From the NCBI GenBank assembly GCA_001600815.1, contig BCKZ01000004.1, positions 1,391,566-1,434,447 of the forward strand: 42,882 nucleotides of DNA. Reading direction: 5' to 3'. The stretch comes from Alloascoidea hylecoeti (taxonomy: Eukaryota). The position numbers and the translations under genes were made by a program. Each line of letters begins with the position of its first letter. The stretch's first letter is position 1. Shown here piece by piece: positions 12,699 through 25,900 of this stretch. A model generated the notes under the pieces. That model was not told where the DNA came from. It did no database searches and worked only from the letters and a program-made list of their open reading frames with translations.

Positions 12699-13589
12699 TT
12701 AAATGCTATGTTTCTTTGATCCTTTGAGTGGTGACATTTCAAATATGTGTGAATGATCAACTGCTGTTGTAGCAGATTCTGTTTCAGAAGGTAAAGTTAA
12801 TGCTTTTTTCACTTTTTCACCTACAATCCCCATATCCATGTCTATACTGCTATCATTTCGCGATCGTTTAACTAGAGATGCAGGAGGTATACCATTCTCT
12901 GCACCACAGTGTGGACAGTAGTAGAACATTGAGAGGCGTGAATCGGGCTGTGCAAGGCCATTATGGTTAAAACAATGTGAACAAATTAAAGCATACTTGT
13001 CCTTTGTTTGGTTCTTTCCAATTAACAATTCTAATATTGAATCAAGCCATGAACCATTTGATCTATTCATTTCATTATATAAATCAACCATATTAAAACG
13101 ATGAGCTAGGTATTCTTCACTAGCACTCGTTGCATCGAAATCATCATCGTTTTGTGGATAGCCATTACCATATTTCCGTAGTAAAGTTTGTATAGTGTAA
13201 TAATCTGTCTGTGTTTTGAATTCATCTAATTTTTCTTCTTGTTGAAGTTTCAATGTATCCAAAGCCACTTCGGTACTTTCAATGGCTTTTGTATAATAAA
13301 TATCAAATAATCTTCTACCCCCTAAGATCGACACTGGAATTATTGGAACCAACAGACAATTTATTAAAAAGTATTGTTGGAATAAAAGCGTGTTCTTCAA
13401 GAATAATAAAGCAAATATATAAAAACCAAATATCCAAGACGCATATATCGTGAAAGAACGTTTGAATTGTCGTCGTCGAAGTTGGGCTATAATTACATAA
13501 CGTTTCAAATGTGTTATTTTATTTTCAAGTTGAGCCAACTGTTCTTCAGTCGAATTTTTATGAAAAAATTTGAGATTTAAAAATCCCAT
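12699..13589 (-). CDS. LNP1: Lunapark family ER junction protein
   Basis: Likely start MGFLNL at 13589 (the ORF track starts at an upstream TTG). Two N-terminal transmembrane segments, a coiled coil, SWLDSILELLIG, and zinc finger YALICSHCFNHNG...YYCPHCGAEN. Confidence 0.9.
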   Translation of the reverse strand: MGFLNLKFFHKNSTEEQLAQLENKITHLKRYVIIAQLRRRQFKRSFTIYASWIFGFYIFALLFLKNTLLFQQYFLINCLLVPIIPVSILGGRRLFDIYYTKAIESTEVALDTLKLQQEEKLDEFKTQTDYYTIQTLLRKYGNGYPQNDDDFDATSASEEYLAHRFNMVDLYNEMNRSNGSWLDSILELLIGKNQTKDKYALICSHCFNHNGLAQPDSRLSMFYYCPHCGAENGIPPASLVKRSRNDSSIDMDMGIVGEKVKKALTLPSETESATTAVDHSHIFEMSPLKGSKKHSI

Positions 13590-14567
13590 CTTAAACAAAT
13601 AAGTTTGTTGATAAAAGATATCAAACAAAAATCCGAAGGATTTAGGAATATCTTTATAATTATAACATATTGAGGTAACAACGCACAGTATCAGCTTTGT
13701 CGGGCAGTTACAGATATATTATTTGATGCGCGTATAACTGTTTTAGCAATATCCATCACTTTTTAAGAAAGAATAGCCAATTATGATCAAAATCCGGCAA
13801 TTTCTGGAACAAAATTAAATAATGTTGCATGGTTTAATGTTGAAACTGGAAATATTTTTCTGCTTGTGAAAAACATTATATAATTATTATTTTGGTAGAT
13901 CACCCAGTAACGAAAACCAAGGCTAGTATCCTGAGTGTTTATGCCTTAAATTCCAATTCCATATTCAAAATTAAGGGCTTATCATCATGGCCAAGGGATT
14001 TCGGAAGGGAAACTGTGGCAATGCTTATTTATATTATGTAGGGCTCGGTTATTTATCCATTCAGTACACGTTCAATGGTATTATTTAAAGCTTTAATTAT
14101 AAGAAGGAGTATGAAATATTCTTTTCTATAGCCAGAGTTAATATTATTAACATTAATATTAAACTTCGGATTTAAATGGCCAAGACTCATCATCAAGGTG
14201 CCACTAGCTAAGTAGGTTATAGCTCTTCTTGAATCTTGATAGTCACATTGTACTACAAGTAGTGAACTAGTGTACCACTGGTTGTCAATTGCAATTGAAA
14301 CCAATGGCATACGTCAGTTAATATTCCGCGATATATCTTTATGGCAAATAATTTGTAATTCTGATCATACACTTTATGATTATACATGACTGTAGATATG
14401 TGAATAAATATAGTAGCTACCCTCGATATCCAGCTTATAGAGAAAACAGACTAAATGATGGTATAGAGAAATAGAAGTATGATATCGATAGAACTAAAAA
14501 GAAGTTGATTAATATCAACCAATTGTAAATCAAATCATTTACGATTGTATCAATATAGTTGGACACA

Positions 14568-14813
14568 CAGTTGTTACACTTTTAAGCCACTTTTAGAACT
14601 TAATTTCGGTCCCTTTTAAATTTGATGGATAATTATAGGGCCATTGCCATTTACTTGAATAAACATTTCTCTATTTTAAGCTCGAGCTATCTACACCTTA
14701 TAGAACTATACCATAGAAAGAAGTCATCAGTGAAGGGGGTGGGAGATAATTATTCATCAAAAGGGGGCCTAATATTTAGATCCAAGGGTGGCCTAGACAA
14801 AGTGGCAACACCG
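14568..14813. mobile_element. MITE-like element, about 246 bp, with about 65-bp imperfect terminal inverted repeats
   Basis: Left end CAGTTGTTACACTTTTAAGCCAC...TTTGATGGATAATTAT aligns with the reverse complement of the right end, CGGTGTTGCCACTTTGTCTAGGCCAC...TTTGATGAATAATTAT. TA on the right flank, CA on the left. Confidence 0.55.
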
Positions 14814-14937
14814 TAATAGACAAAATTACGTGTGTGTGTGAACGGATTTGCTATAATTGGTTATTTTTTTTTTTTTTTTTATATATGATACGTATACAAA
14901 ATTATGGATGTAATTAATGCTATAAAAATATTTAAAT

Positions 14938-16521
14938 TCATTGCTTTGACCTTGACCAACCAGTTTTGAAAGGTGATATGTCAAACTTTGGGAAAGGATG
15001 TGCTTCAGTGCTAAATACAACATCCGACAAAGGTAGTAAGTCTTCATTATCATCAAATAATAGGTAGAGGTATTTTAAAGTTTCTGATAACCAGAATGAT
15101 TCCATATTATCCGCTTGAATTGCAGGATTCTGTGTTACATCTTTTAAACAAGCATAACCAGCATCTCCTTCAACTTTTGATTGATTTTGAAATGCTGTAA
15201 ATATATTCCAACCCCATTCACGATATATTGGATCTTTTGTTATCCTCCAAAGATAAAATAAACTTTCTACTGTTTCTGGCCTTTGTAAATTATGTCTATC
15301 ATTATATTTAATTATAAAATCTTTGGTTAGATCGGCTTTTTTATCGTTAGGATTTGTATTAAATACAACGATTTCTGGCGCTAAACCTGATTCTGTTTGA
15401 GCATATAATTCGTAACATGTTTTTGTTATTGATTTGGCTAGTTTTAAGTCTTGTTCTCTTTCAACTGTCCAAAATGGAGACTTACGTGCATCAGTAATAG
15501 TGGCACCATCAGTTGAACCTAATGCAAATATACTGCCTGCGAAACATACAAGATGATCCATCTTGTTTGAAAATTTTCCATCAACCCCACTAGGTAATTC
15601 ACCAATAAATTGAAGTTTTGAAGGATATGATTTTTTAAGTAGTTTTGTTTTAAGTCCATGTAATGCTTCTTTATATATATCCAAATAAACAGGTTCTTGT
15701 TGTTTAGTTTGAAAGTATTGTTTTATTAAATATTCATAATATGAATCGCCTCTTGATCCCCATCTAATATTATGTCCTTGAAATAAGCCAGTATCAGGTT
15801 GAATAAAAATGGGAACCAAACCACTTGGGGTATGATTTTTATCAATTTGTTCAAAAATTTTTTCTCCTTTTTTCCAATATGTATCATTCCCTGTTAATTT
15901 CGCTAACCATTTAAACTCCAATTGAATTGTTGAAGCTTCAGCAGTTGAACTTGCTCCTTGATCAAAATAACTTCTAATACCTTCCTTTAAACGTAAATTA
16001 ACTGTTGAATATGCAATACCCGTTTGACTGTCAAAGGCACTAATCAACCTATCACCTAAATCAATAGCTCTTTGTAAATATAATTCATCGTTAGATAAAT
16101 AATAAGCAGATAGAAATCCACCTAATATCCGTATCGTTGTTTCAAAAGTATTAACATTATAATCCATATCGTAATCTAAATCCATTACAAAATCCCTAGC
16201 TTCATGTAATTCATCTTGAAGATCCATTATCATTAAAGTATCTAAAGATTCAACAATTATCCAACCTAAGGGTTCAGGACCCATATTTTCACCTGTTTTA
16301 CTAAGTGGATGATAAACATCAAATCCCCAAGCATATTTTTCATAACCTTTCCATGAATCAATAAATGCTTGTCTAACTTCATTTTGTCGATCGTTCCACG
16401 TCCAATAATTTTTATTAATTGAGTGTTTTGAATCATATATATAACCATCTAAGAATTTATTCTTAATGAAAAGAAATGAAAAATATAATATTAATCCTGT
16501 GAAAAATGCCCGAGTTATCAT
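14938..16521 (-). CDS. MNS1: ER alpha-1,2-mannosidase, GH47
   Basis: Type II N-terminal transmembrane segment; motifs FETTIRILGGFLSAY, GSRGDSYYEYL, KMDHLVCF, LQRPETVESL, MESFWLSETLKY, STEAHP. Confidence 0.95.
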   Translation of the reverse strand: MITRAFFTGLILYFSFLFIKNKFLDGYIYDSKHSINKNYWTWNDRQNEVRQAFIDSWKGYEKYAWGFDVYHPLSKTGENMGPEPLGWIIVESLDTLMIMDLQDELHEARDFVMDLDYDMDYNVNTFETTIRILGGFLSAYYLSNDELYLQRAIDLGDRLISAFDSQTGIAYSTVNLRLKEGIRSYFDQGASSTAEASTIQLEFKWLAKLTGNDTYWKKGEKIFEQIDKNHTPSGLVPIFIQPDTGLFQGHNIRWGSRGDSYYEYLIKQYFQTKQQEPVYLDIYKEALHGLKTKLLKKSYPSKLQFIGELPSGVDGKFSNKMDHLVCFAGSIFALGSTDGATITDARKSPFWTVEREQDLKLAKSITKTCYELYAQTESGLAPEIVVFNTNPNDKKADLTKDFIIKYNDRHNLQRPETVESLFYLWRITKDPIYREWGWNIFTAFQNQSKVEGDAGYACLKDVTQNPAIQADNMESFWLSETLKYLYLLFDDNEDLLPLSDVVFSTEAHPFPKFDISPFKTGWSRSKQ

Positions 16522-16580
16522 ATTTTTACCTTAAGGAGTTTAGTTTAAACTATTCGAATTCGCTGTTATATGCATAAGTC

Positions 16581-16593
16581 AGTGCGGGTAACT
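16581..16593 (-). promoter_or_regulatory. Reb1-type site upstream of MNS1
   Basis: AGTTACCCGCACT on the sense strand, 60 bp upstream of the ATG. Confidence 0.55.
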
Positions 16594-17358
16594 CTAGGCG
16601 GATATTGTATTTCTAACGAAGAAAAAGATTAAGACATACGGGAATATCACAGATTCCATTCAATTAATATCAATTATTAATACATTAAAATATATGTGAG
16701 ATATAAAGATTTGAAAGGTGATCCAGTTATAGATCTATACGGTCTTGATATAATTGTATGTTTGTATTCATGATCATGTAATAGCTAGCTATAGCTATCT
16801 AGTACTAGTTTAACTCTTTCAATTATAAATCTGTAGAAACAATCCAAAACTATAGACAAAATAAATTAAACCAACAGATAAAAAACCGAATATAAATATA
16901 TATATATATATAAAGCAATAACTAACAACAAGTTTAAACAGCAAAAAGAGTCAATGCAGATAATGTCTAATAGTTACATTCAAATAAGTATAAGTCTTTT
17001 AGTTTTATATCGAAGATGTAAAAATGATTGATGACATGGTTGAAATTGCAAGAGTATATGTTTCGTTTAAATAAAATAGACATGTTCCAAATATAACATA
17101 ATGACCAATTCAAATCTAAGTTAAGAATGTTTTTGCATTTTTATAAATCAATAATATTGATAGTGAGGAATCAAAAGAATGCATAGCACATTTGAAAGGA
17201 GTAATAGGCATAAATTCATTGATGGTGCCTCTTGATAATCCATACCTTTATAAAATAGGTAAAATCTAGAATTTTTTTCTTTAAAAAAGCGAAAGTTAGA
17301 AAAGAGAAAAGAAAATCAAATGAAAAAAAAAGTTTTGGTATTTGAAATGAGTTTATAT

Positions 17359-19038
17359 TTATATATCATTAACAAGCATTTGTCGTAATTGCATTCTCCT
17401 TCTTCTAAATTCTTCATCTTCTCGAGGAGTATTTTGATTTCCTGGTCGACTTTGATTTGTCTGTGATGACATTATACTTTGAGCTGAAGATGTTGGATAT
17501 ATATCTGAGTTAGCATCAACTGGGTATGGAGGTCTTATATTTGTATTTGGGCCTCTTGTATTTGGACCTTGTGATCCCTGTTGCGATACAGTAGACATTG
17601 AAAATTGACTATCGGTTATTTGATGCCCACGTTCAGAATACATTTGAGAATTTGCTGCTGCTGTTGTCATTGTATGAGATGTTGTTGATGTTATTGTCGA
17701 ATCAAATGTTGATGTTGATTTTAATGGTTTGAAATGTTCTGAACTTTCATTATAACCTTTGTTCATATTTAATCGCGAATATGATTGTTCATTTGTTAAT
17801 GTTCTTGAACCGGAACCTGTTGATGATGTGAAGTCAGTGAATGATCTTTCTGGAGGTTTTGGATATCCAGGAACTGGTCTGGACACAGATTTTGAATCCA
17901 TCGGTACTAATGGTATCGATTCTTGATAATTTCCTAATGATTCAACGGACTGTGATGGATCTAATGATCTATTTTGAATAAAGCCTTGTGATGATGAAGG
18001 TTTTATGACCGAGTATGTTCGTAATGGGTGTGAATATTCTAAATCATTTTCAGTTTCATTTGGAGCGCCTCTTGTAGTTGTAGTAGATAATAAGTTTGCT
18101 GAGGATGCAAATGGATCCTTTTTACTATATTCCGAACGACTGTCTGAGGAATATAAAGCTTCTAAATCAACGATTGGTAATGTAGGTCTCATTTTAAGAT
18201 CTTTATTTTGCTTGACAACATCAACAAGACCTTTTTGATGTTGCTTTTTAACGATTTCTTTAATCCTTTGATTAATTCTTTTACAAATATATCTTTCTAA
18301 AGATATTTTTTCATTCCCTGACGTATTATGTTTGACATGCATATAAACAGGAATGACGCAAAAGAAGGCAGTTAGTAAAGACAGAATTCTAATAACCCAA
18401 ATTGTGAAAGCGAAAGTCATGAAACAAATAACAACAGCTTCTTGATATGATGAGGTAGCTAAACGTTTGACAGCACCAACAAAATCATCAGATAATTGTA
18501 AAACTGAATATAATGTTATACCATTTAATACTTGTCTTGGAGAATCGGCAATTAATAATCTAAAAATACCTTTCATTGAAAAGTAAACAAATAACGTGAC
18601 TCTTTCTTGAAAGTTCCTTGCACCGGTGATAGCTTCAAATAGACAAAAATAACCAAAACCTTTGTAAGAATAATATTTCTTAGCCATTGGATTTGTATAA
18701 GCTAACGATATAACTTTTGTTTTAACGATCATGACACAGGCAGCGATTTCGTATATGTACCAAACAATACTGAATAAAATGCAAGCACTAAAGATCCACC
18801 GACTTATATGAAAGGGAATGGAGGGTTGAACATTTGAAGCCCATTTTGAATACCCCAGTAACAATACACATGTATAAAGATCCGAACCAAAAACAGCCAA
18901 ACCAATTAGTGATTCGATAAACATCCAGATATAAGCAAAAAAATTTGAACAAGTCACTTGAGAAAATTCCGGTATATACAGTAAAGAGAATGTGGATGGG
19001 TCCATATGAGAGACCCATTCTTTGCTAAAGATTCCCAT
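17359..19038 (-). CDS. KCH1: Fungal Kch1/Prm6-family potassium transporter
   Basis: Membrane N-terminal half with SDLYTCVLLL, PFHISRWIFSACI and ADSPRQVLNGITLYSV, matching the Kch1 pattern; long Ser/Thr-rich tail. Confidence 0.85.
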   Translation of the reverse strand: MGIFSKEWVSHMDPSTFSLLYIPEFSQVTCSNFFAYIWMFIESLIGLAVFGSDLYTCVLLLGYSKWASNVQPSIPFHISRWIFSACILFSIVWYIYEIAACVMIVKTKVISLAYTNPMAKKYYSYKGFGYFCLFEAITGARNFQERVTLFVYFSMKGIFRLLIADSPRQVLNGITLYSVLQLSDDFVGAVKRLATSSYQEAVVICFMTFAFTIWVIRILSLLTAFFCVIPVYMHVKHNTSGNEKISLERYICKRINQRIKEIVKKQHQKGLVDVVKQNKDLKMRPTLPIVDLEALYSSDSRSEYSKKDPFASSANLLSTTTTRGAPNETENDLEYSHPLRTYSVIKPSSSQGFIQNRSLDPSQSVESLGNYQESIPLVPMDSKSVSRPVPGYPKPPERSFTDFTSSTGSGSRTLTNEQSYSRLNMNKGYNESSEHFKPLKSTSTFDSTITSTTSHTMTTAAANSQMYSERGHQITDSQFSMSTVSQQGSQGPNTRGPNTNIRPPYPVDANSDIYPTSSAQSIMSSQTNQSRPGNQNTPREDEEFRRRRMQLRQMLVNDI

Positions 19039-19981
19039 TTTTTGGAGAAGTTGGTGAAGATATAAAAAGAAGAGGTTGATGTTTCAAACACGATAAAGTC
19101 AGGGTAATTCAGATGGTACTGCGTTTCATCAATATGCATAACGAGACCCTATAAATAATCAAGCACGGCTTATTTTATTGGTCTTTCTATAATATATATA
19201 TATTCATATAAGATTTAGACTTAGTGATCCCTAAAAATTTTCGAACTCAAAAGGTTCAATGGAGGGTGGACTCCAATTAGTTCTTGGGTCTCAAATGCAT
19301 AATCCTGATGCTAAAATATAAGGTTTCTGTAAAATGCTTATATGGTGATGTAATGCTTGTTTCAATATTACTAAGAATTGTTTTATTTTTTTGTATAATT
19401 TTACACCATCAAATTTGAGGGAAAAAAGAATCGGGTTACATGACTTAGGGGTTTTTATTATACAAATAAGGCGATTAGGACGAGAATTAATTTGAAAATC
19501 AGGTGAATAGATAGCCAATCCTGTGCGTGGTATTATACGAGCAAAGCTTAACAATGTAAAACGCCCAAGTTACGCATACGAGAATCGGATCCAAAATTCT
19601 AAATTAAACCATTTATAATATTAACATTACCATTCAAATCTCTTCATTAATATTAATGTTGAAATATAATTTGGAATAGATGACAAAATATACTATGCCC
19701 CATAGCTGGATTTGCACGTTAGATCATGGATATAAATAAGTTAAATTAGAGTTTTCATTTGTCCAGGTACAGGAGGTGAACAACATGGACATAGATCAAT
19801 AAAGAAAACGTATTAGATGACAACTTGTATAAGTTATAAGCTAGCTATCCAATATAAAAGGAAGAAAAAAAACAAAAAACTAGAAAACAAGTTAAAGAGA
19901 ATCATATAATGAGAATTTGAAAACGAAGTTCTAAATTTCTAAAATTAGGGATTCTAAAAAAGGGAGTGTGAATTTAAAGTT

Positions 19982-22900
19982 TTAAGATGATGCATCATGA
20001 TAATTTTCTATAAGATTTCTCAATAAAATCTTAACAAGACGGGTATGTTCAGAAGTATCCTCATTATTCATTGCATTTGGAATTGTCAATACATCAATAT
20101 TAGTACCAACCTTTTTAAATCCATATCTTTCAACAGGATCCATAAGTGCTTTCATATAAATTGCTAGTTGTTTTTCATTAAAATCAGGAGTTGTGGTTAC
20201 ATCTTTTATATAATGTTGTAGTGATTTAATAGTTGGAAATGAAGATGCATTCTCTAGTATCTGATCAAATTTATCTTTCATAAATGCAAGTATAAGCATT
20301 TTTTGTTGAACACTATCATTGAAATTCAACCATCTTAAAAACTTTAATAAAACAAGTTCATCATTTGCGCAATACTTATACAACGACATTTCTATAAATC
20401 CAGAGACGTAAACAAAATCATCATTACCACCAAATGCTTCAAAAATACATTTTGGAAGCTTAATACCATAATCGCAATCTATTAATTCGGCATGATCTTC
20501 AAGGATATTAGCATAACGTTGTAACAGCTTATTATCACTGATAAAAAGATTTATCAAGTCAAGGCATAATACTGGGAATACTTCATCCCTGCGTTCAACA
20601 GTTGTATGAGTCTGACGATAAAGTTTCATGTTCTTGACTTCAATTCTCATAATTCTAGCTAGACACTCAATTGTAATACTTCTTGTAGCTTGGAGATGGA
20701 AACCCTTTAGCATATTAGCTCTTAAATAATTGTCAAACATCTCCGGTGAATATCTGACACTTTCAATCTCATCAATCTTGTCCAAATATGGTCCCATCGC
20801 CATTCTTTCTTTTGTCAACACTCTAACCATTTCACCGTTTGGGAAAAACCCATATTTATCCATACATTCCAACACAGTTGCAACCAATTTAATTGATGCT
20901 GTATATAAACCTCGGTGGGGGTATTGCATACAAGCGAAACCAATCCATAATAATTTACCATACCAATATAATTTAGAAGAAAGACCATTACAAAGAAGCG
21001 ACAGACTCTCTAAAATGCAAACACTCAAATCTAAAGATATTTCATCACTTACTAAAGTAGCATCAGTTGCTCTTTGCCAAAATTCGAGTAATCTAAACAT
21101 AATACTTTCAGTATTTGAATGTTTACACAATGAACTCATAACTAAAAAGGCTCTAGCTCGAACCACTGAACCTGGCTTGAAAGCCGCTTCAATTGTCAAG
21201 GATGTTAATATATCCTTCCATTTTGCTTCTTCTTTTTTATCTCTGGCCGCTAGAGTTATAATTTCAGTATAATATTCCACATATAATTCAATCGAATTAA
21301 TTAAAGCAGGAGTATGAATAATATCTGAAGCTTCATCCAACAAACTAATACCCAAGTTCAACTCTGCTTTTTTACCTGCAAACTTATCCGACATTATTTC
21401 AAGTCGGCTTTTAGTAGTACTATCAAGAGTAGGATCGTTTAGGAAAGTATGGAATGAATTAACCGTAAGACTTTGCAATGCTTCTCTTAGGTCAGATGGT
21501 CCATCATTGATGAGCATTAGACCAATAAAACATAGTTGTGGACAAAATGCTCTGCAAAGTTCAAGGTTATCAAATGACAATACTATTACCGCTTTAATTA
21601 AAACGATAATTTCAACCCAATTCGATTCAGAGTGGGCCAATGCTTTTGCTTCAACATTTGTATCTTCCTGATCAACTGGAATACTGGAAATATTAACCAC
21701 TTTATTCATTATTTGTTGACAATGATTATGTGTTGGACAATTATTTAGAATTGTTATAACTTCTTCACAGTCATTACCTTCACTTCTTCTATCATAAGCA
21801 GCACTTATTATTTCATCAACAATAATTACCGCCAATTCATTCGTTTCACACAATGGCTTCCAAATAAATTCATGAAATATTCCAACATGAGATTTTGAAA
21901 TAAATGATATTTTCAAAAACTCTCTGATAATATTCTTAGTTCTTCTTTTACCCTTCTTTGGATCTGAAAGATATACATTTGAATATATATATGGTATCCA
22001 TGGTGCAATATACATCAATAATAGATCTTTTTTTGTAGTGGTTGCCATTTGATATGCTTCAAAAAAACTAGATATAATTCCATGGGTCATTTTTGGATTT
22101 GAAGCAACAAGTTCTTCTGACAAGGTCATCAAATATCTTAGATTGTTTTTCGGTACAAATAAATCATCTCTAGGTGGAACAAGTTTAGAAGTTGTGATTG
22201 AAAATACTTTTTGTACCGCACAAGCAAGATTAAAACCAGCAGTTCTAACATCACTATCATCAGCGCAAATAGAAGCGTAAACTAAGTTCACAAGAATAGA
22301 CATAATATCTTCTATGGAATGAACAGCATTATCATTTAATGACGCCGTTGATGAATGTTCACTATATCTTCGAACTAATGAATTAATAGCGCCTACAACA
22401 TCTTTATATCTTGGGGATCTTAGCAAAATCTTTTTTCCTGATTGGAGTGCAATTGAAAATTCATCTGAATATCCAGATTTATTAGACAAATATGAGCGTA
22501 CGATGTCTGCAGCATGATAAACATCTAAAGGTTTAACAAGTTCTATCAAATCCCCACATTGAATTGAAATAGGATCCGTAATATGTATTTGAAGATACCC
22601 TTCACCAAGACTAATATTAACCGGAACAAACTTTTTCACATCTTGATCAAATAAGAATGCATCAGTGTACCTTATCCTGATATCACGTTGAATACGTGTC
22701 GTCTGTTTACAGAGACCAAACGGTTTTGAAGGTATATCTTCATCTTCATTAAATGAAGAAAAAAATTTGAATGGAAGTTTATAAGGATTGATATAGCAAG
22801 AAAGTGATTGAGTATCAAGGATCATTCTTAAAAATGATAAGAATTCACTAGAAACATTAAAACAATATAAGCCCAAGCAATTTTCAAGTAAAGCGGGATA

Positions 22901-25900
22901 GCAAAAAGTATTAAACCTAAAAAGAATTTCTTCTGGCATATTAGTCTTTTTAGAAAAACCAGTAGCATCCCATAAGAGTATAAATTTTTTATCTTTAACT
23001 CCCTGTAACACTTTTAGGATTCGATACAGTATCATTTCGGCGCCAACACCTTCGGCTCCATCAAATATATCCCACGATACTATTAAATATACAGTCCCAT
23101 CTGCAGATATACCTTCTACAAATGCCTGTCTATCAATAGAGGGACCAAAATCTTTTATCGCGTGCTTTTCTAAAAACTCATTTAGTTTTCTTTCCTCGTC
23201 ACTGATGTTTTCGTTAGATAAATTATTATTAATTTGTGATGGGATACCAACCTTAGGTTGACCGATTTCTTCAACTAGATCCTGTAATTTTTCGAAAATG
23301 AATATTCCATCTGCAGACATTTCAGAACCTATGTTTGAAGAAGTTGTTGTTGATGAAGATTCCATGGATTTTGTCTTATGAAGAACAGTATCAAAATTAT
23401 TCTTACTATTATCAATATTCGAGGCCTTGATCTCATCCCAGTGATTATATAGATATCCGTGTATAAATTTCATATCCTTATCTTCAATCTTACATTTTCG
23501 AGATTCCGCATCAGTTATGAATTCAACATCTGGGCTTATATCCAAAAGAACTGATGTATCATACATTGCAGATTCTCTCATGAAACTAACGATATCCTCA
23601 TTTGTTCTGGTCAACTCATCCATTCTTTCATAAAGTAAAGGCATTTTTAAAGAATATAATGTACCATTGGCCATGTTTTGAATTACTTTGGCGAGCAATA
23701 GGAGAGACCGTCTTACCTCTCTCTTCGGTGGATGCTTTAACAAACCTTCAGCCTCTGGAGCACAAATTGCAGGACAGAAAAATCTGAGGAAGAGAAAGGA
23801 ACCAACTGAAGCAATTACAAATTCGGGAAATATTTTTGCCGTAGAGTCATATATGGTTTTGCAAATATACTTAAATGATTTTGGCATTATCTTACAAGAG
23901 TTATGCAATGATTTAGAGAAAAGAGAGAGTACCTTCATAAACTTTTCAACATTTTCAACTGCTTTATTTTGCGATGCTACTTTATCCACATTAAGCTCAA
24001 AAACATATTTATCTGGATAGTTGGCAAGATCTTCAATGATTGGGTCAAATGTTGTAGCTAAATATTTTGAGCCATATTTCTTAGCATATAAAGATAACAT
24101 TCTTGTAGCGACACTGTTTCTTCTCAAAAGATCTACTACTCGGTTTGTATTTTCAATCTCTTGAACAACCAAAGCTTTTAGCAATTTTAACCCTTTCCCT
24201 TGAGATTCATACAAGTTAAATAAGCCACCAGCTAATCCATTGACTTCAGATGCTGGACAATCTTTACAAACGTGAACACAGACATTCATATTTTCAAGTA
24301 AAAAGTTCATCAAATTTTGAAGCTTCTCTTCATCATGGCTATTTAATCTAGTTGATGCACCCTGAAGGATAATTCCAGCAAATACCTTCAGAAAATCTGC
24401 TCTGATTTTATCATTTCTATGATATCCAATTGGTAGACTAAATTTGAGACCAACATCAGGATTGGCTGACAATAAGTTCGTTAATGATGCAATTATAAAC
24501 TTTGGTAAAGACCCTGAGCGTTGGAATTGTGGTCTATTATTAACAATGTCTTTATAACTATCTGAGGTATTGGTCGAAATTGTTTTTGCCACAAAACTAC
24601 TAGATCCAGTAATACTTCTCTTTGAGCTCGAGGAAAGTGATGATCCAATTTCTAAACACTCTAGTGCTTTAAGCAGCACAGAAAAAATCTGCCCATACTT
24701 TGAAGATTTCGCAAGTAAATAATCCTCCTCAGATTCAGTTTGAGGTACCTCAATTACAACATTTTGAGAAATATAAGCTACTGCCTTAATACAAGCAAGA
24801 GATAAATCAGCATATACATAATCAAGCTCATTAAACTTTTTTTCAAATGTTGTGTAAACACTGTTACTATCCGCATCATTACGAAATAAAGATTTTTCAA
24901 ACCATTTCACAAAAACAACAATAGCCATGAACTTATCACTATTCAATGCTTTGCATTGGATCTCATTCTGACAAATGAAAAGCTCTTGAACCAATCTTGC
25001 ACATCTTATCTTAAGTTTTATAATTCTAATATCATCAGCGAACTCCTCCAATTTTGTAAGGACAAGAGTTCCAGTATCTAGAATAGAATATGGCATCTTT
25101 ATTTTCTCTTTCGCACATCTTTGAGCCGCAGATCTAAGCAGAGAGAAATAATGATCTGAAATCCTAAGAATATCATCCTTGGTACCATTTTCTATAACAG
25201 ATCTAACAACCTGTTCTGTTAATTTGAAAACAGAAGGAAGTGCACAAGCACTAAACTCATTAGATAAAATATCTTTAGCTGCAGTTGTGATATACATATT
25301 AGGAGAATTTAATAGTTTAACAACATCCTCTAAAAATTTATAAATTAACGGAATAAGTTCTGCTACTTTACTGTTGGTTTCTGGGTCACTAGCTAATATT
25401 GGTTCACAAAGACAACCAAGCATCCCAGCATAATTCCTTCTTTCTTTTACCAAAGTGTTCTCATATACACTTTGATCTGCACCCACTGAGAATCGACAGA
25501 GAATATTTTCCCAGGCATTCATAATTCCATCAGTAGGAATACCAAGCTTAAGAACCGTTTTTTGTATATGTTTTTGAAGAGCAGCAGCACCAGTGATGAA
25601 GAATGAACTAGAGGAAAGCTCTTCATATTGCTCAAGATTAAACAACAAGGGACATGAACTTCGATCAGAATTTGAACCACTTGTCAAATGTCCATCTATT
25701 AAAGCGTGAGATAAAGCATCGCGTACAACTTTATAGATTTCTATTTCTGGTGAACACATGAAAACTAGAGAAGCTGTTTCAAATCTAGAATAAATTAATT
25801 GTCTCCTGTTCAAATCCTCTAGTTTTGTGATATCATCATGACATTTTTTTCTCAAACCAAAATGTTCTGCAATAAAAGCTCTAGCTTTAAAACTAGATTC

